64,000 bases of DNA, from NCBI RefSeq assembly GCF_006345805.1, contig NC_043007.1, forward strand, positions 39,122,001-39,186,000, read 5' to 3'. Position numbers and translations under genes: made by a program. Source of the stretch: Octopus sinensis. Lineage: Eukaryota. This document shows positions 37,809 through 51,719 of this stretch, piece after piece. How positions within the stretch are numbered: the first letter of the stretch is position 1; each line of letters opens with the position of its first letter. Below the pieces are notes generated by a model that worked only from the letters and a program-made list of their open reading frames with translations, made no database searches and was not told the DNA's origin.

Positions 37809-38325
37809 CTCTTTACTCTTTTACTTTTTTACTTGTTTCAGTCATTTGACTGCGGCCATGCTGGAGCACCGCCTTTAGTCGAGCAACTCGACCCCGGGAC
37901 TTATTCTTTTTGTAAGCCTAGTACTTATTCTATCGGTCTCTTTTGCTGAACCGCTAAGTTACAGGGACGTAAACACACCAGCATCGGTTGTCAAGCAATG
38001 CTAGGGGGACAAACACAGACACACAAACACACACACACATACATATATATAATATTACATATATACGACAGGCTTCTTTCAGTTTCCGTCTACCAAATCC
38101 ACTCACAAGGCATTGGTCGGCCCGGGGCTATAGCAGAAGACACTTGCCCAAGATGCCACGCAGTGGGACTGAACCCGGAACCATGTGGCTGGTTAGCAAG
38201 CTACTTACCACACAGCCACTCCGACGGGCTTCTTTCAGTCTCCGTCAATCAAATACATAGCCAAGTCTTTGGTCGGCCTGAGGCTAAAGTGGAAGACACT
38301 TGCACAAGGTGCCACGCATGGAAGT
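37808..38325 (-). mobile_element. SINE family B, young copy plus older partial copy
   Basis: Near-identical to 19374-19786. Confidence 0.9.
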
Positions 38326-38554
38326 GAACATGGAATCCTATGGTTAGAATAAGGCTCTGGATTTTGAAGTCGGCAAATAAAGGAACAAAGTGTAACCAAA
38401 TCTCTGATAAGGATTTGAAATCAGAAGATAGAGAAAGGGAGAGAACATTAACCACAAGGTATTTTACTTTACGCTCTAACATATATCACACTTGTTAAGG
38501 CTTCGCTATTTTTCCATTAGTTGAAGTGGGTATTTTTTTTTTTTTGCGTGTGTG

Positions 38555-38601
<47 letters not shown>

Positions 38602-39089
38602 TGGGAAAGAATGAGAAGGGGAGGATGAAAAAGAAGAAGAGGAAGGAGACAGAGAGCGGAGGAGGAGGAGGGGGAGACAAAGGGGATGGGCTTCGGCTGG
38701 CTGATTTACCCTTGACAAACCACATGAAAAGACGAAACTTTAAGATGTTGACCCCCATTTGTGACCTTTAAAAGGTTTCCTGAAGTGTAGGAAAAAGGGG
38801 CGGGGATGAGCTTGGGTGGTGAACGTATAGATGTGTACAAATGAAAGGTTTTTAAAGAAAACAAAAGCAAAAAAAAAACAAAGCAAAAATAAAACACGAT
38901 GTCAGACAAATGAAAAAAACATGTATTTTTATAAGTTATTGTTGCTGTTGTTGTAGTATGCCCCCAGGTGAGTAAACCTATGATAAACGGTATTCCAACC
39001 GTGACCTTGTTATCCGACCTTTCTTACATTAAAAAAACAAAAATGATGTAGCTGCTCGAGTCGTATAGACTCATAAGGTTGTTTTTAGT

Positions 39090-39548
39090 GGAAACACGTG
39101 GCTTAGTGGTTAGAGATGTTGGACTCACGATCATAAGGTTGTTGTTTCGATTCCTGGACCGGGCGACGTGTTGTGTTCTTCAGCAAAACACTTCATTTTA
39201 CGTTGTCCCAGTTCACTCTGCTGGCAAAAATGGATAATCCTGCCACAGGCCGGCGTCCCGTCCAGGCTGGGAAATTTATAGGTCACGGAAACCGGTATGA
39301 CTCGGGAAGGTAACTTTACTTCACTATAAATCTGTTTTCTCGGTCTCTGTGATATATATATATATATTCCTCCTGGACGGAACGCCAGTCCGTCGTACGA
39401 TTACTCATTTTTACTTGGTGAGTGGACTGCGGCAACGTGAAATAAAGAGTCTTGCTCAAGAACACAAAACATCACCCGGTCCAGGAATCGAAATCACAAT
39501 CTAATGGTCATGAGTGCAACATCCTAATAACCAAGCCACGCACCTTCG
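39090..39548. mobile_element. Two SINE family C copies in opposite orientation
   Basis: Plus head at 39090, minus head ending at 39548. Confidence 0.8.
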
Positions 39549-39585
39549 CATTGTTATATTTCAGAATCAATATATCTCGGCAACA

Positions 39586-39975
39586 AGGCGGCGAGCTGGC
39601 AGAAACGTTAGCACGCCGGGCGAAATGCTTAGCGGTATTTCGTCTGCCGCTACGTTCTGAGTTCAAATTCCACCGAGGTCGACTTTGCTTTGCATCCTTT
39701 CGGGGTCGATATATTAAGTACCAGTTACGCACTGGGTCGATATAATCGACTTAATCTGTCTGTCCTTGTTTGTCCCCCCTGTGTTTAGCCCCTTGTGGGT
39801 AGTAAAGAAATAGGTATTTCGTCTGTCTTTACATTCCGAGTTCAAATTCCACCGAGGTCGACTTTGCCTTTCATCCTTTCGGGGTCGATAAATTAAGCAC
39901 CAGTTGCGTACTGGCGTTGATTTAATCGACTGGCTCCCTCTCCCAAAATTTCGGTCCTTATGCCTAGAGTAGAAA
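39586..39975 (+). mobile_element. SINE family A with duplicated core
   Basis: Same architecture as the 4584 array with two cores. Confidence 0.88.
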
Positions 39976-40049
39976 GGACACATGGCCCAGTGATTTGGGT
40001 GTTGCACTCACGATGGCTAGATCATGATTTCAATCCTATAATAATAATG

Positions 40050-40080
<31 letters not shown>

Positions 40081-40271
40081 TAATAACCTTTTCTGCTATA
40101 GGTACAAGGCCTAACATTAGGGAGGAGAGTACTAGTCGATTACGTCGACCCCAATACTCAACTGGTATTCATTTTAACGACTCCGGGAAGATGAAAGGCA
40201 AAGTTGACCTCGGGCGAATCGGAATTCAGAATGTGAAGACAGATGAAATACCGCTAAGCATGTATATATGG

Positions 40272-40570
40272 GAAAGAAAAGAGAAAATAAGAAAGCTTCT
40301 GACAATGTGCAAAGTTTTACAAAAGCCCCTATATTTCAGGCGCAAAGGCCCATCGTCAGAAGGAAACAGTTTGGGAAGTGTCCTGTTACACAACAGTTGG
40401 AGAGCAACTACTACTGCTGCTAACCTAATGCCAAGGAGTTTGAGTGGGGTAACAGAACCTCTGTAACTGGACTGTTTACTTATGAGGATGGGCCTTTGCG
40501 CCTGAAATATGAAAGTATTTATAAAACTTCCCGCATTGTCAGAAGCTTTCTTATTTTCCTTTTTCTTTCC
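40272..40570. mobile_element. Fold-back PLE-like element with a hammerhead in each arm
   Basis: Arms about 40272-40370 and 40470-40570. Minus 40326-40363 reads CCUU-CUGACGA-UGGGC..GCCU-GAA-AUAU-A-GGGG. Plus copy 40478-40516 is decayed. Confidence 0.7.
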
Positions 40571-40840
40571 CTTCTACGGTGCTACAATGCTTGAAGCGAA
40601 CTACAACACTCATATGCATGAAAGTATGGTGGGTGGTTACATATGGCTGAATACATACGGAAAGAAATAAGATGAAAAAAACAGAAGATTTGTTTAAAAT
40701 CTTATTTTGTACCATATTGTATAATGCTTTTGCCATTATGATTCTTTAGTCTTGTAAAACAAATCTTTTGTGTGTTTTCATCTTATTTCTTCCGTGTGTG
40801 TATATATATATATATATCTATATATATATTATATATATAT

Positions 40841-40949
<109 letters not shown>

Positions 40950-41095
40950 CCAGTGGTAATCGAGGTACTAGTTTATGGATGAGGAGTGATGCTGAAAGTT
41001 AGGGAAGTGGTGAAGATATGCAAGTCCAAAGAGTAGGAAGTTCAGTCAGGATCGAACTGCTATATATATATATATATACATATATATATGTGTGT

Positions 41096-41139
<44 letters not shown>

Positions 41140-41728
41140 TGTGTGTGTGTGTGTGTGTACTAAAACCAGGTCCGCTGGTTCATGGGTTGCCTGTGGCTAA
41201 GCAACAACGAAAATAATACCATATTCATAACGGTTTTAGCAAGCCATTAAAGACAAGCTGCTACTGGACATTAGCATTGATGAAAAGGGAATCCTGCTCT
41301 CGTAGCTTATGCTATTGTTTAATGTAAGATAATCCATAGACTGACCAACACCAAATTATGCGTAATTATTGTTCAAACAATAGCCATTGTGTCTATTGTC
41401 TGTCTACATATCTATCTACGTAATATTGTTTTCGTATGTGAGGTTGGTGGAGCCCTTGGGCTGTTAGATCACTTTGCAGTGTTCGTTTCGTCTCTCTGCG
41501 CTTTGAGTTCAAATCATGGAGATGTCAACTTTGCCTTTCATTTTCTTTCGAGCCATTAAATAAAGTACCAGACCAGTGCTATGGTAGATTCCTTTCTCAT
41601 TCAGCAATAAGTCGGCTGCGATCAGGCTTGGAGAATGTTCGATCTCTGTTACATTTAAAATCGCCCAGATGTGCCGTATGCTGCAACGGCTCCACAAGGA
41701 AGTGTTGTGCGTGTGTATGTATATACAT

Positions 41729-41958
41729 TTCTTTACTACCCACAAGGGGCTAAACGCAGAGGGGACAAACGAGGACAGACAAACGGATTAAGTCGATTAT
41801 ATCGACCCCAGTGCGTAACTGGTACTTAATTTATCGACCCCGAAAGGATGAAAGGCAAAGTCGACCACGGCGGAATTTGAACCCAGAACGTAACGGCAGA
41901 CGAAATACGGCTACGCATTTCGCCCGGCGTGCTAACGTTTCTGCCAGCTCGCCGCCTT
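41729..41958 (-). mobile_element. SINE family A
   Basis: Reverse complement of the 4584 unit. Confidence 0.9.
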
Positions 41959-42271
41959 CACATAGACACATACATAGACACATACACATGTGTGTGTGTG
42001 ATGTATGAGAAACAAAAAATGGAATACATGAGACTGTTCAGAATCACTATGATCGTTTCAATCCAGCATGCGCCAGTTCTGAATAAAGAGTCTCGCGAAT
42101 TCCCTTTTATGTCTCTCATATGTTTAATATAATCTCTACGAACCCAAGGGAATTCCTGAAGCAAATCCAGTCGCTTATACCCCCATACTGTTGTTGACAC
42201 CAAGTACCCGAATATTGTGCACGGGCTTTAAACAATATACAATAAGGTGTATACTCGAATATAAAATTAAT

Positions 42272-42565
42272 GAAGGCGCATGGCTCAGTCGTTAGAGTGT
42301 CGAGTTCACAGTCATGAAGTAGTGAGTTCGATTCTCGGACCGGGCTGCGTGTTATGTTTTTGAGCAAGACACTTTATTTTCACGTTGCTCCAGTTCCCTC
42401 TTCTGTAAAAATGAGTTGCGACGTCGCTGATGCCAAGCTGTATCGGCCTTTCCCTTTCCCTTGGATAACATCAGTGGCAGGGAGAGGTGGAGCTGGTATG
42501 CATTGGAGGGTAACTTTCTAGGTGTAATCCCTTGTTCATTCATGACCAGAGGTGGTCTTTACTCT
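42272..42565 (+). mobile_element. SINE family C
   Basis: Similar to 10071-10400. Confidence 0.85.
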
Positions 42566-42574
42566 TTATATATA

Positions 42575-43000
42575 TATAATACAATGTACATTTAAACACA
42601 TTAAGGGGTATTCATCATAGGCCTTACGCTAGAAGGAACAGCTAAAATCCAAACCACTAATTAGGGATAAATTCTCGAAGGGAATAAAAAATAAAAACAT
42701 TTACCATCTATTTCCTGGATCATGGTTTCTGACTTTTTTTAGCAAATGAAAAAATTTTCCAGACGAAGTCTTCGTCAACAGGTACGTCAAGATTAAACAT
42801 ATAAACACGAGGTTAATCCAGTATGTGTCGCTTGCTTATACATTTTAATTTTTCAAATTCACCGCGCAAGCGCAGTTTTTGTCGGCAGCAAAAAAATTGA
42901 TCCCTAATTAGTGGTTTGGGCTTTAGCTGTTCCTTTTAGCGTAAGGGAGTCCTATGATGGATACCTCTTAATGTGTTTAAATGTACACTGTATTTTATAT
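42575..43000 (-). mobile_element. PLE pLTR-like element with inverted terminal segment and degenerate hammerhead (42714-42782)
   Basis: 42575-42668 is inverted at 42900-43000. Minus strand reads CCUG-UUGACGA-AGACUU...AAGUCA-GAA-ACCAUGAU-C-CAGG. Confidence 0.7.
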
Positions 43001-43127
43001 GAGTTTTATATAGTCTATTGACTAATTTTTCTATACGCTAGGCCAATGGTAGTAAAAATTTCTAAAAACTTTATTACGCTGATATTATTAATTATATATA
43101 TATATTATATATATATAATATATATAG

Positions 43128-43182
<55 letters not shown>

Positions 43183-44087
43183 GGCAACTGGTATTATCTT
43201 GAAATGACTGAATAAATTTAATATTTTAATATTTTACACGTGTTCCTTGAAGTGTGTATACATTTTTTAGCGGACTGTGTGTCTGTGTGCATATATATAT
43301 ATATATAGAGAGAGAGAGGGGGGGGAGCGAGAGAGAGAGAGGAGAGTGAGAGAAGGAAAAAGAGAGATAGATATATAGATCGATAGATAGCTAGATAGAT
43401 AATGCAACATATATCTATGTATAGGCGCGTGCGCAACTCACATATACATATATATAAATATATACTTACACATATTTATATATGCACATATGTGTATTTA
43501 CGATCGCTCGCATTTATATCTTACCGTTTTATTTGGTCCCGGTTACAAAAGGCTCTTTTATAATTTTTGCTATGCTATATAATACAGGTTCCTTTGTTTG
43601 CCTTTTTGCATAGACATGAACTGTATAATTGTAACCTTGTTTCATGCTATTTTATACTCTTCCTCCTAAAGATCTTTGTGGCTGAGACAATGCCATTAAT
43701 ATTTCACTTTTCTTTGTCTCTGTATCTTCCTTTCTCTTTTATCTGTTCCCATTTATATGTCAATTTTTGCCTTCTTATTCTTCACCGTTTCTTTCTCGTT
43801 ATCAATTTGGTCGCCTTTTACTTGTTTCAGACTGCGGCCATGCTGGGGCAAAGCCTAGAAGTCTTTTAGTCGAACAAATCGACGTCCACAACTTATTGTT
43901 TTCTTTTTGTAAGTCTGGTATTTATTCCATCAGACCCCTCCACCGAACCGCTATCTTTAGGGGGACGTAAACAAACCAACACTGCTTGCCAAGTGGTGGA
44001 TAAGAGGCAAACATACACGCACATAAGAGCAATGGAAAATGGAGACAAACGCACAAGATGTTATTTAAATCATTTATATCACCATAT

Positions 44088-44171
44088 CACCGACATATGT
44101 TTCGATCGATACATTAAAATAAATCTGAGAGGAAGAATAATGTGGAAAAATGCATCAATCTCAACGGGGAG
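44088..44171 (-). ncRNA. Degenerate hammerhead, C4 variant, 12-bp stem II
   Basis: CUCC-CCGUUGA-GAUUGAUGCAUU...AAUGUAUCGAUC-GAA-ACAUAUGU-C-GGUG. Confidence 0.6.
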
Positions 44172-44532
44172 GAGATTATAAACAACAGTGCTCATCAATA
44201 AGCCATTTTTACAGGTGTAAGAAACTATAATATATAATATATATAATATATAGAAAACAAAAGTGGATAGGGAACGCTAGTAATTTTAGAATACCGTTAA
44301 GAAATTTGACGCCATAGGACGAGAGAAGAAAAGGAAGAGAGAAGAAAAGGAAGAGAGAAGAAAAGGAAGAGAGAAAGAGAATTAAAGGAGTAATGGACGT
44401 ATAAACAAGTAGAAGGTGAATGACAGGTGGCTAGAAAAGATGAAGAAAAGAATGGGATATATGGGATGAAAAAATAAAGTGTAAGTTGCAGATATTATTA
44501 GGTAAGGGGGCAGATATTATTTGAAATAGCTG

Positions 44533-44758
44533 AAAGAGTGCTTTTTCCAATGTAGACACTTATAAACGCGTTCTTTATCGGTGTTGACCAGTGTATGTTT
44601 GAAAAAAAGGATAAATAGTTGTTCGTCCGTACAAAGAAAGCATAAAGATTTCCCTTTATCGTTGGGAAACGGTTTTGACATAATTTTCAAATCCAAAGAA
44701 AATTATTTATTACAGTCTTTGAGATGCCAAATTAGTTTACTAAGACTTACGTTTATGA
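44533..44758 (-). pseudogene. Penelope-like GIY-YIG endonuclease C-terminal fragment
   Basis: SLSKLIWHLKDCNK*FSLDLKIMSKPFPNDKGKSLCFLCTDEQLFILFFKHTLVNTDKERVYKCLHWKK matches the PLE LSK.IW.LK / C.LC..E / N...E....C.H pattern. Confidence 0.8.
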
Positions 44759-44796
44759 ATATATTTAAATACATATATATATATATTTATATATAA

Positions 44797-44850
<54 letters not shown>

Positions 44851-44867
44851 TATTTATGAATATATTA

Positions 44868-44933
<66 letters not shown>

Positions 44934-44954
44934 GTGCGTGTGTGTGTGCGCGTG

Positions 44955-45200
44955 GACGCGCGTGGCTTAGTGGTTAGGGTGTCAGCATCATGATCGTAAG
45001 ATTGTGGTTTCGATTCCTGGACCCGGCGACGCGTTGTGTTCTTGAGCAAAACACTTCATTTCACGTTGCTCCAGTCCTCTCAGCTGGCAAAAATGACTAA
45101 CGCTGCGATGGACTGGCGTCTCGTCCAGCTGGGGAACACATACGCCATTGAAACCGGGAAACCGGGCCCATGAGCCTCGCTAGGCTTTAAAAGGGTGCAT
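44955..45200 (+). mobile_element. SINE family C
   Basis: A box TGGCTTAGTGG, B box TTCGATTCC. Confidence 0.85.
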
Positions 45201-45839
45201 TTATTTTATATATATATACAGACACTCAACGGGTTTCTATACAGTTTCCATCTACCAAATTCAGTCCCAACGCATTAGTCGACCCGGAGCTATAGCGGAA
45301 ACTTTTGCCCAAGGTGCCGCGCAGTGAGACACCTCACGTGATTGCAAACGGGTTTCGTAACCACATAGTCATTCCTGCCCCAACAGTCCTTCCCGGTTAA
45401 CTTTCCCTCAAGTTTTTCTATCACGAATCCCATCAACTATTGTTCTCGTTCTGTCAATATTTTATTTCACTTCTTTTTTGTTTTCTTCAAAAGCCATTAT
45501 GCATTTATGTCCAACAGGATTCTTAAGAATTCTTTTGATCATTCAAAAAGAAATTTTTTCTTTTCTTTTTTCTTTTCACTAAGTCTATTTTATGAAAAAT
45601 TGAATTATTGATGTATTGTGCAATTTTCGGCTTGTTTGAGGATCTGAAACGGCAAGTTGTTACTTGGGAAGTTTCACCTTAAGAATGAAAACATTCAAAT
45701 TTTACTTGTTGCCTTGAATACATTTTCATATAGGTTAACACAAGCATTTATTATCTATTATGCACACATGTTCACACACACAACACCCGTTCACATACAC
45801 ACACGTACGTATATTTAATATATAAATATATATATATGT

Positions 45840-46160
45840 GAAGGCGCGTGGCTTAGTGGTTAGGGCATTCGGCTCACGATTGTAAGGTCGTGAGTTCGAT
45901 TCCAAGCGACGCGTTGTGTCCTTGAGCAAGACACTTTATTTCATGTTGCTCCAGTCCACTCAGCTGGCAAAAATGAGTTGTACCTGTATTTCAAAGGGCC
46001 GGCCTTGCCACTCTCTGTGTCGCGCTGAATCTCCCTGAGAACTACGTTAAGGGTACACGTGTCTGTGGAGTGCTCAGCCACTTGCACGTTAATTTCACGA
46101 GCAGGCTGTTCTGTTGATCGTATCAGCTGGGACCCTCGTCGTCGTAACCGACGGAGTGCT
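45840..46160 (+). mobile_element. SINE family C, full length
   Basis: A box TGGCTTAGTGG, B box GTTCGATTCC. Matches 22613-22930. Confidence 0.9.
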
Positions 46161-46182
46161 CCTTACCTTATATATATATAGG

Positions 46183-47100
46183 CGAGGTCTACTATTGTGG
46201 ATCTTAATTTGATGTCATTAGGAGTAGGTACCTTGACTATTATGTCTGTGGTTCCCCTGCATGCGTTACTCATTTTTTTCACTTTTGTGTATCTTAGAAA
46301 TACCGTAGAGTTGACTGGATTTAGTATTGAAGTTAGTCATATCGTCGTATTCCTTATCGAAGAGACCTACTCTGTTCAGGTTTAACATTGTTTTTAGGTT
46401 TCTCATTATTTTCTGCTGACTGTAGTGTTGTACCTTTTCATAATATGTTTGTTTTCTGATATGGATAGTACTCATCATCATCATTGTTCGAGCGTGGTCG
46501 AGACAATGGAATTTACCATGCTACGCCAGACTTCACGGTCCATCATAGCATTACGGAGGTCCTGTTGCTGGATGCCTGTATCCCTGGAGATTACATCAGG
46601 GTAGGAGAGTGTGCGCCCTCTGGTATTGCGAGTAAATGGCTTCCGGAGGAGAAGAGTAGAAATTGCCTTGTTTTCAGCTCTACAACAATGTCCAGTAAAT
46701 TGGACTTTCCTACCTTTCACAAGATAGTACTACGGTTATATAATATACCGTGTCCATTAAGACTATTGCACGCCCTTTGACCGTCTCTTTGATTGTGATT
46801 GTTTTATCCGCTTTTAATCTGTTCAGCTTAGCCCATTCTCTTTTGCTGAAGTTTGGCTTGTATTTTTGTTTATGTATATGCTGACATGGGTAATTCGTAA
46901 TGTGTTCACAGAAATGGCCAAGGAACTATCTGAGGAATGGAAATATTTACCTCTTTAAAGACTAGGAAAATATCTACAAAACATTTCACTTAATTTTTTT
47001 TCTCCAAATTTTTTTATCGTTTTGATGGTGACCTTGTCCATGTATTTAAATAATTTCCCAAATAAACCTACAGTTCATTTTAAGAGTTCCGGGGAAGCTA
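46183..47100 (-). pseudogene. Penelope-like reverse transcriptase N-terminal fragment, interrupted by RTE
   Basis: ITIKETVKGRAIVLMDTVYY (DKG motif region), LYGISKIHKS (cf. YGLPKIHK) and DIKLRSTI (cf. LRPI). Upstream boundary approximate. Confidence 0.75.
46473..46722 (-). mobile_element. 5'-truncated RTE-clade LINE 3' end
   Basis: FTGHCCR..GRTLSYPDVISRDTG..LRNAMMDREVWR, (TGA)n tail, 9-bp TSD GATAGTACT (46464-46472 and 46723-46731). Confidence 0.85.
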
Positions 47101-47203
47101 TTATGTGACGCATAAACACTCAGCTCTGAGTGTACTGCTTCTTATATCAGAGACAGCTGTAAGCCAATGAAATGGTTACATAGTTCCTGTTATATATATG
47201 TAT

Positions 47204-47250
<47 letters not shown>

Positions 47251-47288
47251 GTGTGTGTGTGCATACGTGCACACACACACACACACCA

Positions 47289-47387
<99 letters not shown>

Positions 47388-47783
47388 AATATAAATGCAT
47401 ACACATACATGCATATGTACATATACATATAAGTTCATACACCTAATATGTATATATATATATACATATATATATGTATGTATTTATGCATAAATACATA
47501 TGTGTATAGCTACACACACACACGCACCCCACACCCATCCACACACACACGCACACACATACACCCACATATGCCGAACAAAGACTATCTTAGTTAAGTA
47601 TCTGAATGCTGTGTACAATTTGCTTTGTGAGTTTGTATATCGATTACCTTTCTTGTATGTAAGGAGTGGAGCTATTTGTACGTTACATAACTGATTCTGC
47701 ATGCTTCACTGCCTTTTACGCAAATGACCATACCTCCTGAAAACTTGAACATGTCTATCCCTTCTAACACTTTTACATACAGA

Positions 47784-48555
47784 CACAAACGGCCACACAC
47801 AGACGGCCACACACAGACGGCCACACACAGGCGGTCACACACAGAAGGCCACACACAGACGGCCACACATAGGCGGCCACACACGGACAGCTACACATAG
47901 ACGGCCACACACAGACGGCTACACACACAGATGGTCACACATAGACGGTCACACACAGGCGGCCACACATAGACGGCCACACACAGACGGCTACACATAG
48001 ACGGCCAAACACAGACGGTCACACACAGACGGCCACACATAGACGGCCACACACAGACGGTCACACACAGACGGCCACACATAAAGGGCCACACACAGAC
48101 GGCTACACATAGACGGCCACACACAGACGGCCACACACAGACGGTCACACACAGAAGGCCACATACAGACGGCCACTCACAGACGGCTACACATAGACGG
48201 CCACACACAGACGGTCACACACAGACGGCCACACATAGACGGCCACACACAGACGACCACACACAGGCGGCCACACATAGACGGCCACACACAGACGACC
48301 ACACAGGCAGCCACACATAGACGGCCACACACAGAAGGCCACACATAGACGGCCACACGCAAGCGGCCACACATAGACGGCCACACACAGACGGCCACAC
48401 ACAGACGGCCACACACAGAAGGCCACACACAGACGGCCACACACAGACGGCCACACACAGGCGGCCACACACAGACGGCCAAACACAGACGGCCAAACAC
48501 AGACGATCACATACTGACGGCCACACACAGACGGCCATACACAGAAGACCATACA
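47784..48555. repeat. 16-bp minisatellite ACAGACGGCCACACAC, about 48 copies
   Basis: Contiguous units with point variants. Confidence 0.95.
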
Positions 48556-49728
48556 TTCTTATCAATGTTGGCAAATTCAAAACTAATGTACGTGTTTGTG
48601 TGTTTTGTCGAGGCGGTTGTGATGATGGTGTAGGTAGCTGTTGCGTTCTGAGAATAACTTTATACTGTATAACTCTGGTGTGAAATGCAGTTGAGCGAAA
48701 GGAGTTACTGAATGCTGTTTGATAAAGTGGAAGAATGTTTATTCATAGATGAAGCTGTGTAAGTCGTTTCTCGGAGTTTCTCATTGTTTGATCGTCAGGC
48801 AACTGAAGACGCTATAGATAGAAAAGAGGGAGAGAGCGAGGTAGAGAGAGAGAGAGAGAGAGGATGGGGAGAAAGGCGAACAGAGGAAAGATGAAAATAG
48901 TGTAAGAGGAGTGTATTTTACCTTTCACAGTCGTGTGTGTATGTGTGTGTGTGCTTGTCCCCACATCAGCGCTTGTTAGTTCGTGTACGTCCCCGTAAGA
49001 TAACGCTTTGGCGAAAAGGAGCCGATAGAATAAGTATCGAGGTCAATTTGTTCGAGTATGACTTTCAAGGCACTACCCCAGCATGGCCGCAGTTGAATGA
49101 TTGAAACAAGTAGGAGATAAAAAAAATCGGCTTTGGCGGGAATTGAACTCAGAGCGCGAAGATCCGAAAAATGTACTGCAGGACATTTGGTCTAGCGTTC
49201 TCTCAGTTTTATCATAGCTTTTATCCTGGTTTGGTATCTCTGTATTATCGACCCCAAAACGGTGAAAGGCTAAGTTGATCTCGGCAAGATTTGAACTCAG
49301 AGCGCTGAATACCAGAACAAACGCCACTGTTCATTCTATCCGACTCTTTTCCTATTCAGCCAATTCACCCCTGTTGTTGTTGTTGTTGTGGCTTAGTCCC
49401 AGGTCAGGTGTCTGAACAAATTGATCTCTGATCAAAGGTTTTCCTTTTTCTCAATTGTGAAATTTATTGTCCAATGTGTTTTTCTTTAAGACGGTAGGGT
49501 CTAATTTGTGTGGGATTTGATTGCTATTTCTAGCAGGTTCAGAACTACCCGAAGGCTGTCTTGGAATAGTTTAAGTAAAATATTTGAACTCTCAAATTTA
49601 ACAGACTGTATCATAATTATCTTTAATAATTGTTTCACACTTAATTAATTGCATAATTAGCGTTCCTGTTGTCAGGAACAGGTATACGTTTTATTATGAA
49701 TCAACGAGAGAGGGGGAGAGAAGGAAGG

Positions 49729-49776
<48 letters not shown>

Positions 49777-50180
49777 TGTGTGTGTGTTTGTGTACTCGTT
49801 CTGGGTCGATCAGCTAAATGTAGCATTTAAATCTTCTTTAAATCATACTCTACCGTCAACGAAACGGAAAAGGCATTGGAGAATGTATAGCCTACACACA
49901 GGTTCTGAATAACAGACATGGTACAATTTTGTACTTGTTTCAGTAATTGGGCACCGATGAATTACGGTAGAGTTAATCGAGACAAATCGATCCCAGCTCT
50001 AATTTTAAGTCTGATACTTACTCTATCGGTCTCTTTTGTCGAAACTCAGCAAGCCAAAACCGGTTGTCAAGCTGTAGGGTTGGAGGAGACAAACGTTAAC
50101 ACGTTTACACATACACCCACCCACATCTATCTGTCTGTCTGTCTGTCTGTCTTCTGTCTGTCTGTCTGTCTGTCTGTCTT

Positions 50181-50219
<39 letters not shown>

Positions 50220-50221
50220 GC

Positions 50222-50272
<51 letters not shown>

Positions 50273-50349
50273 ACTATCTATCTATTTCTCTCTCTCCCTC
50301 TCTCCCTCCCCCCTCTCTCTCCCTATATATATATTCTTTTTTTTTAAAT

Positions 50350-50524
50350 TTATTTCAGTCATTTGACTTGCGGCCATGCTGGATCACCCCCTCTTGTCGA
50401 ACAAATCGACCCCGGGACTTATTCTTTGCAAGCCTAGTACTTATTCTGTCGGTCTCTTTTGTCGAACCGCTAAGTTATGGGGATATAAACACACCAGCAT
50501 CGGATGTCATGCGATAGTGGGGAG

Positions 50525-50589
<65 letters not shown>

Positions 50590-50727
50590 CACGACAAGCT
50601 TCTTTCAGTTTCCGTCTGCCAAATCCACTCACAAGGCCCGAGGCTATAGTAGAAGACATTTGCCCAAGGTTCCACAGAGTGGGACTGAACCCGGAAGCAT
50701 GTGGCTGGTAAGCAAGCTACTTACCAC

Positions 50728-50768
<41 letters not shown>

Positions 50769-50920
50769 TACACGTACACGATGGGCTTCCGCGTGGTTTC
50801 CATCTACCAAATATTCTCACAAGATTTTGGTGCGTCCGGTGCTGTACCAGAAAACACTTCACCAAGGTGCCGCCCAGTGAGACCGAAACCAATTGGTTGT
50901 GAAACGTTCTTAACTGCACA
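50350..50920 (-). mobile_element. SINE family B plus older partial copy
   Basis: Similarity to 3697-4133. Confidence 0.8.
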
Positions 50921-51308
50921 GTCAGCCTTGAACCTAATATTCACAACTGGAACGATCCTTTGTCATAGGTTTGCTCAATCGGAGCAGACTTGAGAGCTAA
51001 TTTCTAGTACCACCACCACCACCACCACCACCACCACCACCACCACCAAAACCATCACCACTACCATGACCGACAACGACGACAACAACAACAACAACAC
51101 CAACATGTATCTTTTATCTAAATCTCATCAAGGTTTTCAGTTAGAATTATATATATATATAAAATTTTATAAGCAGGTTATTCAGACGTACCTGTAACGT
51201 GTCTCCATAGCATGAAACCATCAGTAAATCTTATTCCAATACTGTGTACATTAAATGATATTTATGTCTCACTACATGGAGTACTTCTTTTGTTGACTAC
51301 CTTAACAG

Positions 51309-51348
<40 letters not shown>

Positions 51349-51592
51349 AGATAAGAAAATGGAGAAATACATCTAAATCAAATATCAATTACCAGATAAT
51401 ACTCAATCACATACTTTATTAAACCACCACATAAGAGACTGTAGGGTTAAATATAAAACGCAGAACAAATCAGTGTACATAAAGGAATGTACATAAAAAA
51501 GTGTGCATAAAAAGAGTAATGTTATATAATAAGTAGAATATATATAAAAGAGAATATAAATATAAGTAAATATAAATATAAGTATAGATTAC

Positions 51593-51719
51593 ATCTTACA
51601 GCTGTTTCGGCCATGTAGATAAGTATGTCTCATTTTACCAATATTAGCCCTTTATGGTTGGTCAATATATAGATATAAATGAGAGATTCACAAAAATATC
51701 ATAAGGCCTCCTCGGAGAT
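51593..51719 (-). ncRNA. Hammerhead motif, C4 variant with ~90-nt loop II
   Basis: AUCU-CCGAGGA-GGCC...GGCC-GAA-ACAGCUGU-A-AGAU. Confidence 0.65.

Noticed and set aside
37988-38327. Recurrent peptides such as RASFSFRLPNPLTRLWSARGYSRRHLPK suggesting a gene family
   Set aside because: These are translations of SINE family B.
45840-45910. tRNA genes
   Set aside because: A/B-box heads run into shared SINE bodies and lack a clean cloverleaf.
47784-48555. CRISPR-like regular array
   Set aside because: Contiguous units with no unique spacers, no cas genes, and a eukaryotic context.
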